Shown here: positions 25,465-32,000 of the stretch, piece by piece
Layout of the letters: every line of letters starts with the position of its first letter
How positions within the stretch are numbered: position 1 is the stretch's first letter
Source: an uncultured Gammaproteobacteria bacterium
GTDB taxonomy: Bacteria > Patescibacteriota > Patescibacteriia > UBA2591 > UBA6264
DNA length: 32,000 nt
Assembly (NCBI GenBank): GCA_964507075.1
Contig: CAZDOL010000001.1
Location: 43,040-75,039, forward strand
Direction of reading: 5' to 3'
Made by a program: the position numbers and the translations under genes
Notes under the pieces: model-generated
Seen by the model: the letters and a program-made list of their open reading frames with translations, nothing else
Databases searched by the model: none
Told to the model about the DNA's origin: nothing

Positions 25465-25497
25465 AAAAAGTTTGGACACCGAGTGTCCAAACTTTTT
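25465..25497. repeat. REP-like palindrome, variant TGGACAC, identical to the copy at 2928..2958
   Basis: AAAAAGTTTGGACAC-CGA-GTGTCCAAACTTTTT. Lies between the tRNA locus (+) and the convergent minus-strand gene ending at 25520. Confidence 0.9.
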
Positions 25498-25519
25498 AAT
25501 TCCCAAACTCTTAATTTTA

Positions 25520-26941
25520 TTAAAAAATAGGGGTTCCTTCAGCGTAAGATTTGATTTCTTCCAATTTAATTTCTACTACATCTGAAAAACTAAAATTTAA
25601 TTTTTCTAAAATCTGAGGTGAAGTTACCCATCTCTTTATCTTTTGGTCCAATAAATAAACCTTCTCTCCTCCCTCTGCTCTGATTAAATAATTTTGAGGC
25701 AAAGCCCTGATAATTTCCTGACCAACAGTAACTATTTCATCAAACTTACCATAAGCATCAACCATTGCTTGGCTTAACATATGTCTAATAGTACCATTTT
25801 GGGAAACCAAATAAACCTTTTCGTCTCCCTCAGCCCGAATAAATTTTACCAAAGGCATTTCTTGGATAGTATGCCCTAAACTAACAATACCATCCCAAAT
25901 ACCCCCAACACCCTCAAAAACATTCGGAGCATTAAGCCATAAACGAAAACCATTTAAATTAAGATAAACCTTTTCGTCGTCTTTTTCTTTAATAAACTGA
26001 ACATCACTATCCTGTAAATCCCCTTCTTCCTCAAAAAAACGAATAATTGGATCGGGCTCATATGGCACAATTGAAGAAATACAAAACACTGAAGATTCGC
26101 AATTAACATTAAAGGTTTCTTCTTTCCAAGAATCATTTAAATATTTGGATTCTGCTTGTTCTAATTTTGTCCAAAGCAAAAAATTATTTCCTGATTTATT
26201 GGTTAAATATCCATATTTATAGTCGTCATCTACTCCTTCTGGCTGGTATTTGAATCCATATTTATAATTTGTCCTATAATGCAAAGTTGCTGAATCCAAG
26301 ATATTCTCTAAAGCGTTCCATTGATTCTCTTTTTCCGATTCCCGAATACTAACAATTGGATAATGACCAAAATATTTATAATACTTATCTAAAACTTTCT
26401 TCATTCTGTTTAAATCTGATGCCCTTTTCTTATCTCTATTTTTGGGTCCATTTTCAGAAAGATCTTTTAATTCTGTTCTTAAATATAATTCATCAATCTC
26501 TGGAGATAGATTAGGATTGGATGTAGCTAAAAATATCTTAAGACGCATTTTTTTGGTAATAGTATGGGGTTCAAAGGAACTGCCCCAGGTTAAAGGATAT
26601 TCTCTAATATCGTCGTCAAAGCTAATAAAAGCTAAAACATGAGTTCCTGCTGGCTGGCTATAAACACCCGTAAGAGTCAATGAATAAATATGAGGATTAA
26701 AACGAATATCATCTGTCCATAAAACCCCAGAAGAAACAAAACCCTCTTCTTGCTCTTCTAAAGTTACATTACCTCTTTCCCAATGAATTGTGCTGTAATC
26801 CCAATCAATAATTCCAGATGAATTGAAATCATATTTTTTTTCAGCATACTTGATGGGAATCGGTCCCAAAGCTAAAAGCGCCCGCGCAGGGATTATAGAA
26901 ATAAAAAAAATGCTTAAAATAATTATCTTAAATCGTCTCAT
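25520..26941 (-). CDS. Secreted protein of unknown function with three C-terminal ~50-aa repeats
   Basis: Start placed at the ATG at 26941 (MRRFKIIILSIFFISIIPARALLA signal peptide). The mid-region NRDKKRASDLNRMKKVLDKYYKYFGHYP resembles the conserved helix of pilin/pseudopilin globular domains. C-terminal repeats carry (I/L)(K/R)xExxEKVYL. Confidence 0.6.
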   Translation of the reverse strand: MRRFKIIILSIFFISIIPARALLALGPIPIKYAEKKYDFNSSGIIDWDYSTIHWERGNVTLEEQEEGFVSSGVLWTDDIRFNPHIYSLTLTGVYSQPAGTHVLAFISFDDDIREYPLTWGSSFEPHTITKKMRLKIFLATSNPNLSPEIDELYLRTELKDLSENGPKNRDKKRASDLNRMKKVLDKYYKYFGHYPIVSIRESEKENQWNALENILDSATLHYRTNYKYGFKYQPEGVDDDYKYGYLTNKSGNNFLLWTKLEQAESKYLNDSWKEETFNVNCESSVFCISSIVPYEPDPIIRFFEEEGDLQDSDVQFIKEKDDEKVYLNLNGFRLWLNAPNVFEGVGGIWDGIVSLGHTIQEMPLVKFIRAEGDEKVYLVSQNGTIRHMLSQAMVDAYGKFDEIVTVGQEIIRALPQNYLIRAEGGEKVYLLDQKIKRWVTSPQILEKLNFSFSDVVEIKLEEIKSYAEGTPIF

Positions 26942-26977
26942 ATTTAATATTAAAGCAAAAAATAGGCCTTTCGTCAA

Positions 26978-27113
26978 CCCCCACACCAAACAGCAATACA
27001 TTTTTAATGCGAGCCGTTATTTAACGGTTTAATTTATTTATTCGTTGCAAATTTATTTTGCTTCAAAAAAGCTTAAAATGCAAGAGAGCATTATTGCTGT
27101 TATGGTGTGGGGG
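26978..27113. repeat. Long inverted repeat (21/22-nt arms) enclosing 93 nt in the intergenic region
   Basis: CCCCCACACCAAACAGCAATA (26978..26998) versus the reverse complement of 27092..27113, CCCCCACACCATAACAGCAATA (one-nt indel). Confidence 0.8.
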
Positions 27114-27163
27114 TCAACCCCATGACAAACCCGTCGGGTTAGTCATCTAGGTTGGTCATAGGT

Positions 27164-27964
27164 TTAATTTCTAAACTTTTTAATTATCAAAATAATTAAA
27201 ATTATTCCCAAAAATATAGCGCTAACTATAAAATATGGTTTCAAAGATTCAAAATTAATAACACGAGTATGGCCTGAACCTTCTAAAGTTAAAAATCCTA
27301 AACTTGCTTGTGGCAAAATATCGGGTTCAATTGCAATAAAATTAATGTCTTGGTCGCTACGGGGCAAAAGCCTTAACTCATCATTGCTTTGATTTAATAT
27401 CCCTATGATTTCTAAATTATCTCCCTCTTGAATAATCCCTTTGTTAATTTTTGCGTATTCTTTAATATAAATTGTTATCTCTGATTGCCCGTTGCTGATA
27501 AAAATCCGCGAACCAGTTCTTTCTATAACCTCACCCTGAATCTTGAGCAATTTACCAACCAAACTATAATTAATCTCTTTAATCTCAACTACTTGTGGCT
27601 CAATTATCAACTGGCGCTCCAAAATTCCAATATCCTCTTGGCTTTTAATATTAATTCTCTTTTCTTCTCTTGCTTGAGAAACAACACCCTGAACTGCAAT
27701 TTTATCACCTCTTTTTAATTTTGGAAAATCTTTGTAATAGGAGTAAATTTGAACTCCATTAATATAAAAAAACTGGAGTCCTAAAACCCCAGGTTCAACT
27801 ATTACTATTCCTTCTGTTTTAACCGTTCTGCCAACATCTAATTCTTTAATGTTCTCTGGCGAAACATATTGAAAATCAACGGCAAAAACTTGATTACAAA
27901 ATATTAAAAATATCAACAAGAAAACAAAAAAACCAACAATTCTTATTTTTTTAATATTTGTCAT
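27164..27964 (-). CDS. Membrane-anchored extracytoplasmic protein with two OB-fold-like repeats
   Basis: 266 aa. N-terminal signal/TM and C-terminal TM (FIVSAIFLGIILIILII). Two internally similar modules (VGRTVKTEGIVIV...GDKIAVQGVV and VGKLLKIQGEVIE...GDNLEIIGIL) resemble the OB folds of extracellular nucleases and DNA-uptake proteins. Function not established. Confidence 0.45.
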   Translation of the reverse strand: MTNIKKIRIVGFFVFLLIFLIFCNQVFAVDFQYVSPENIKELDVGRTVKTEGIVIVEPGVLGLQFFYINGVQIYSYYKDFPKLKRGDKIAVQGVVSQAREEKRINIKSQEDIGILERQLIIEPQVVEIKEINYSLVGKLLKIQGEVIERTGSRIFISNGQSEITIYIKEYAKINKGIIQEGDNLEIIGILNQSNDELRLLPRSDQDINFIAIEPDILPQASLGFLTLEGSGHTRVINFESLKPYFIVSAIFLGIILIILIIKKFRN

Positions 27965-27982
27965 ATATATTTTTTTGAAAAC

Positions 27983-28007
27983 TTTTTGGAGACTTAGTCT
28001 CCAAAAA
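27983..28007. terminator. Palindromic hairpin with A/T-run flanks (bidirectional terminator-like) after the giant gene
   Basis: TTTTTGGAGAC-TTA-GTCTCCAAAAA, an 11-bp stem. Located 88 nt downstream of the stop at 28095. Confidence 0.55.
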
Positions 28008-28054
28008 AAATTCTCTCCAATCTATAACATCTTAAAAAATAATAGACCCAAAAT

Positions 28055-28078
28055 CCTAAGTACCTAAGTACCTAATCC
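28055..28078. repeat. Tandem 8-bp repeat (CCTAAGTA CCTAAGTA CCTAATCC)
   Basis: Read directly from the sequence, in the spacer downstream of the giant gene. Confidence 0.8.
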
Positions 28079-28094
28079 CCCAATTACCCAACCC

Positions 28095-31000
28095 TTATTC
28101 TTCTTCTGTTTCTACGGGAGGGAAACAAATTGTATTGCCATTAGGACAACATGGATCGCCACTAATTGCGGGACAATCATCACCCGTCCAATCGCAATCT
28201 GAGAAAGGTGACTCTCCTGCTTCACTGGTAGCAGTTGTTTTATAATAATAATTGACATAAGGCAAAATGCGTTTGTCGGTATAGCAACAAATGCTTGCGT
28301 CTCCTGCTATAGTAATGCCACAATTGCCGTCAGGATTGCCCTGGATATGACAAACATAATTTGGACAGTTTGTGCAATTTGATTCATCTTCTAAAGCATA
28401 GCCACAATTTGTATCCAATCCTTGAATATGACACTCACCGCTTAAACTGCAATTATCATATCCACAATTGCCCGCTTCATAATCAAATTTAATCTGCTCA
28501 GCTGTTCTTGCAACATTATAAATCGCCACATTGTCAATCAAACCATTAAAAAACATTCCAGCTGATTGTAAATGCCTGCCTATAACTAATTCCTGATTAT
28601 TTGTATCAATACTGCCTACAATTACTGTTGTATTCTTCAATATTCCGTCAACATAAATTTTTATATTCACTCCATCATATGTCCCTGCAAGGTGGTGCCA
28701 TTGATCAAATGTTATTGAATCGCCAGAATCCGCTTCATAAGGAGAATCTGATACAGATATTCTGAAGCGAGGCTTGCCTGAGGTTAAATTTAATTCATAC
28801 ATAGCATACGGGTCTTCAAAAGATGTATGTCCTTTAGACACGACTCTTGCGTCATAAGACATTGTTCCGTTTGTTGGCTTTATCCATGCCTCAACCGTTA
28901 TCGCCCCTGTAATCTCTATACCAGTCTTACTTGGAACTGTTATATAATCACCACTCCCATCAAAATCCCCGGCATAACTAAATTTACCACTAGGCGTAGT
29001 GCTTAACAAATTCTCGGCTGTTCCATGATTTGCAGGGGTCTGATTAGAAGAATCCCTAACTTCTTTATTGATTCCATCCCAACTACTTTCATTCATCTTC
29101 CATTGAGCCATTAACCCAGTATAATCCATTCCTTCTCCTAAATGACTTATCATTCCAAAATTTTCACTACTACTTAAAGAATTATAAACATTGTATCCAT
29201 CTGCGCTACCATCGGGCTCCCAACCCCATGTCAACTGAATCTCTCCACAAGTATCATCATCAATTGTCGGAGTCTCAGGACTACAAAGTGTTGTTCTTTT
29301 CCATACTGGGATAGGGTCGTTAGAATTATATGTTGAACCAGTTTCGTTATGAGCTTGTATTTTATAACAATAACCAGTATTGGCGATTAGTCCAGCATCT
29401 TGAAGAGAACACTCCTCGTCTGTGCAAGCACCACTCAAGACATTTCTTTCAGTATAATCACAAGTAAGGCATCCAGCTTCTTCTTCGCCATCGCAACGCT
29501 CATAAGTATAACTTTCCGCCCAAACCGAAGGATCCCAATAGACAAACAATTGCTCGCATCCTTCAGTATTATTAATCTCTGTAATCTCAAAATCAAATGG
29601 AGCTGGTGGGTCGCCATATTCATGGTCATAATCATCCCAACCAACACAGTATGGGTCTTTTTTATTATAGTCCGCCAATACTTGCGCAGCTATTCTGGCA
29701 ACATTATAAATAGAAACATTGTCAATTAGCCCATGAAAAAAAACATTAGAGTCGGTTACATTACTTCTGCCAATCCATAAATTATTAACCCCCAACGTGA
29801 TTATCGTACCTAATCCAGTATATGATTGTTCGTCTTCTGCTCCTCCATCAATATAAAAAGTAATCGTCTTGTCAGTATCGTCACGCACAACCGCAATATG
29901 ATGCCAATTAGTATCATTGATTGTGCCTACACTATATCTATTCACATCAGTGGTCCCGTCTCCAAAAATAATCGTTAATTGGTCAGCGCTATTTATTTCA
30001 AAACGCAAAAAATGATCTTTGCCTGATGCTGATGTTATATTATCAGACATAATAACATCACGAGTATCAATTGAATTTCTCTTAATCCATGCTTGTATTG
30101 TTGTTGTTGGAACCTCCAAGCTATCTCCGCTTCCGCAATCTATATAATCATCAAATCCGTCAAATTCGCCCGCGCTATTAAATATGCCATCAGTATTTGG
30201 AACTGCTCCATAAGCAGTGCCGGGATATTTGGGCAATGGACTACTATCCACTACACCATTAGTTATTGGACCAGCGCTATTAACCCAACTCGGCTCATCC
30301 ATCAACCAATTAGCAACCAAACCCGTTGTATCCATGCTTGTGTCCGCATATCTGTTGGCCATATATCCACCAATAGTATAAAAAGTATCATAATCATCTA
30401 AATAAAGTCCCCAAACCTTACCAGCCTTAGTGGCACCTTGTAATTTCAACCACCCTCCATCTCCCAAGGCAACAACCTTAGCCCAACCAGAAACTTCCAT
30501 TTTAGCATCCGCCCAAATATCTTTTGCGCTTCTGCCCGAAAGAAATCCAACATTAGCACAAGACCAAATTGCTACATTATCAATAACACCATTAAAATAA
30601 GTATCCATTTCCAAATCTCCCATTTTTGCGCCAACATATAACTCATTATCTTTGTCAGACAAAGAGTCAGGAGGAGTTTGTAAAGGAAATTCTACATCTA
30701 CTCGCGCACCATCAACAAAAAGTTGCAGAGAAGCATCATTAGTGCCGACTTTTGCTATATACTTGCCCACCACATGATGCCATTTGGTTGTATCAGTAAT
30801 TGGAGCATTACGACAAAATGCACCTAAACCCTCACATGTAGCGTCTGCAGAACAAAGAGTGTTTTCGTTGCTACCACCAAAACAAATTCCCAGAGCTTGG
30901 GTAATCGTGGCTTCAACTTCACTCGCATTAGCCACGCTAAAATTTAATCTATTATTTAAATCAAACCAAAGGCGATAACTTTTGCCCTCAACAGCTTCAT

Positions 31001-31958
31001 CCCATTTGCCAATAATTGTCTGTTCACTACCAATTGTTCCTCTTTTCACCCATGCCTCCACCGTTAAATTCCCACTGATACTCAAACTCTCGCTGTCATC
31101 TGCCTGAATATAATCATCCTCGCCATCAAATTGCAAAGCGTCTTCAAATTTTCCATTAGCCAAAATCGGAAGGTCGTTACCGCTTAGTGTGTTGCCATAA
31201 CCATAATTAGAACTGTCCGTGAGCGCTTCTGCTATATCCCCGTTCATTTTCCAATGCGCTTTTAGTTTATCTCCATTTGCCGAATAACAAGGAGCCTTAA
31301 GTGTGCTTATATCTAAAAAATTTTCTACGCCATCACCAGAACAACTAAAAACACAGGTACCACCCGGACAGCCATCGTCATTAATGCATGTTTGATTATC
31401 ATCGTTGCTACATATCCATGTTGGCTTACCAACACAAGCCCATGGAAATGGCCATCCATGAGGTGGCTTAACATTGTCCGGACAACCAGAGCAATCAGTA
31501 CAAGTATTATAATTCTGACAAGAAGTACAATCGGCGCACTTACAACTCTTGCCAAAACAAATCCACCCAACTTTATCTGACCAAGCATAACCCATTAAAG
31601 CATCACCAATATAATTTCCTAACGATGTATCAACATAAGTAACTCCGTAATTATTTTGCCACGACCCCCCCGAACCATTCAGTTCCTCTGGACAATCTAA
31701 TCCCCCCGAGCAACAATTTTCAAAAACATAATCATAATCAAAATCATTGTAACAATTCATAGAAATCCATCCCATATTTTCCCCCCACGCCCAACCACGA
31801 ACATTGTCACTGGTTCCCGCCTCTACGCCCATAAAATTATTTTCCCACCATTTTAAAATCTGAGAATGATTAAAAATAATAAAAAACCCCAGAATAATTA
31901 ATATCCCGGAAATTAACAAAATTTTAAAACTCTTTTTTTTATATAATTTCAAACCCAT
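28095..31958 (-). CDS. Giant (1287 aa) N-terminally anchored, Cys-rich surface protein with three LamG (concanavalin-A-like lectin) modules
   Basis: Signal-anchor FKILLISGILIILGFFIIF and GWAWGENMGWISMNC / GYAWSDKVGWICFG motifs. Three LamG_3-like units at about aa 232-467, 547-765 and 948-1160 (nt about 30558..31265, 29664..30320, 28479..29117). Each unit has xFDGxDDYI, TVEAW(V/I)K, WHH(V/I/L), (F/Y)(V/I)DG and FxG(V/L)IDNV(A/S)I. FN3-like spacers and Cys-rich N- and C-terminal regions. Confidence 0.8.
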   Translation of the reverse strand: MGLKLYKKKSFKILLISGILIILGFFIIFNHSQILKWWENNFMGVEAGTSDNVRGWAWGENMGWISMNCYNDFDYDYVFENCCSGGLDCPEELNGSGGSWQNNYGVTYVDTSLGNYIGDALMGYAWSDKVGWICFGKSCKCADCTSCQNYNTCTDCSGCPDNVKPPHGWPFPWACVGKPTWICSNDDNQTCINDDGCPGGTCVFSCSGDGVENFLDISTLKAPCYSANGDKLKAHWKMNGDIAEALTDSSNYGYGNTLSGNDLPILANGKFEDALQFDGEDDYIQADDSESLSISGNLTVEAWVKRGTIGSEQTIIGKWDEAVEGKSYRLWFDLNNRLNFSVANASEVEATITQALGICFGGSNENTLCSADATCEGLGAFCRNAPITDTTKWHHVVGKYIAKVGTNDASLQLFVDGARVDVEFPLQTPPDSLSDKDNELYVGAKMGDLEMDTYFNGVIDNVAIWSCANVGFLSGRSAKDIWADAKMEVSGWAKVVALGDGGWLKLQGATKAGKVWGLYLDDYDTFYTIGGYMANRYADTSMDTTGLVANWLMDEPSWVNSAGPITNGVVDSSPLPKYPGTAYGAVPNTDGIFNSAGEFDGFDDYIDCGSGDSLEVPTTTIQAWIKRNSIDTRDVIMSDNITSASGKDHFLRFEINSADQLTIIFGDGTTDVNRYSVGTINDTNWHHIAVVRDDTDKTITFYIDGGAEDEQSYTGLGTIITLGVNNLWIGRSNVTDSNVFFHGLIDNVSIYNVARIAAQVLADYNKKDPYCVGWDDYDHEYGDPPAPFDFEITEINNTEGCEQLFVYWDPSVWAESYTYERCDGEEEAGCLTCDYTERNVLSGACTDEECSLQDAGLIANTGYCYKIQAHNETGSTYNSNDPIPVWKRTTLCSPETPTIDDDTCGEIQLTWGWEPDGSADGYNVYNSLSSSENFGMISHLGEGMDYTGLMAQWKMNESSWDGINKEVRDSSNQTPANHGTAENLLSTTPSGKFSYAGDFDGSGDYITVPSKTGIEITGAITVEAWIKPTNGTMSYDARVVSKGHTSFEDPYAMYELNLTSGKPRFRISVSDSPYEADSGDSITFDQWHHLAGTYDGVNIKIYVDGILKNTTVIVGSIDTNNQELVIGRHLQSAGMFFNGLIDNVAIYNVARTAEQIKFDYEAGNCGYDNCSLSGECHIQGLDTNCGYALEDESNCTNCPNYVCHIQGNPDGNCGITIAGDASICCYTDKRILPYVNYYYKTTATSEAGESPFSDCDWTGDDCPAISGDPCCPNGNTICFPPVETEEE

Positions 31959-32000
31959 CTTTCTTTTAATGTTTGGTTATTGCCTGCCCCGTGGGAGCCT

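Noticed and set aside
26942-27001. N-terminal 20 codons (MYCCLVWGLTKGLFFALILN) of the 25520..27001 ORF
   Set aside because: This segment is one arm of the 21-nt inverted repeat. The ATG at 26941 gives a textbook signal peptide (MRRFKIIILSIFFISIIPARALLA).
2268-31588. Many 60-143-aa ORFs antisense to or nested in the large genes: 2268..2498, 4079..4294, 4403..4585, 7758..8033, 9860..10120, 11674..11865, 13049..13408, 14406..14630, 14922..15200, 16065..16250, 17193..17624, 18762..18986, 18996..19214, 20318..20623, 21452..21706, 21935..22165, 22264..22533, 22391..22573, 23235..23438, 23936..24136, 24837..25082, 25954..26136, 26442..26642, 26823..27032, 27485..27718, 29400..29729, 29435..29647, 30093..30401, 30784..30978, 31325..31588, 31392..31580
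   Set aside because: Each lies wholly or mostly inside a longer ORF with clear family motifs on the other strand or frame. Their translations are low-complexity (F/L/I/S-rich) shadows typical of AT-rich DNA, and none has a recognisable motif.
28095-31958. Diversity-generating retroelement target in the giant surface protein
   Set aside because: No reverse transcriptase gene and no template-repeat/variable-repeat pair is visible in the window. The internal LamG repeats are old and diverged at the nucleotide level.
1-32000. CRISPR array or recoded genetic code (UGA sense, as in some CPR lineages)
   Set aside because: The palindromic repeats are dispersed singly, not in a regular repeat-spacer array, and no cas genes are present. 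Long ORFs are intact under the standard code, and miaA terminates at TGA at the expected protein length.

Overview
AT-rich, very tightly packed window. About 20 kb (23384 down to 2959) is a single co-directional minus-strand gene array. Most genes are housekeeping: miaB, miaA, gatB, recJ, rnhA, alr, lysS, greA, ftsA, ybeY, hisS, lepB, pnp and rpsO, plus a small glycosylation block. The ORF track misses an RNase P RNA gene (about 6630..7006, minus) and a tRNA locus (24.5-25.4 kb). By inference only, the compaction, missing Shine-Dalgarno sequences, lysine-rich tails and a giant LamG surface protein suggest a streamlined Patescibacteria/CPR-like bacterium using the standard code (miaA ends in TGA). 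Five things are worth a second look. (1) A RAYT/IS200-like HUH transposase gene is bracketed by a family of REP-like palindromes (AAAGTT..C-CGA-G..AACTTT). The family recurs at terminator positions across the window, and two identical copies sit in frame inside the transposase ORF. (2) A compact cassette holds a perfect TTGACA-17-TATAAT promoter, an apparently leaderless HNH endonuclease gene, an atypical tRNA-His and a terminator. It sits directly after a canonical-looking tRNA-His gene truncated at the anticodon loop. (3) The 5' 13 nt of tRNA-Arg are duplicated around a 103-nt hairpin-rich insert, next to an 8-bp tandem repeat. (4) Two long foldback or inverted-repeat intergenic elements occur at 11868..12028 and 26978..27113. 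(5) Three consecutive genes (25520..31958) encode secreted or anchored proteins, including a 1287-aa Cys-rich triple-LamG protein. No CRISPR array, rRNA or recognisable defence operon is visible. All calls come from reading the sequence and motif memory; no searches were run.
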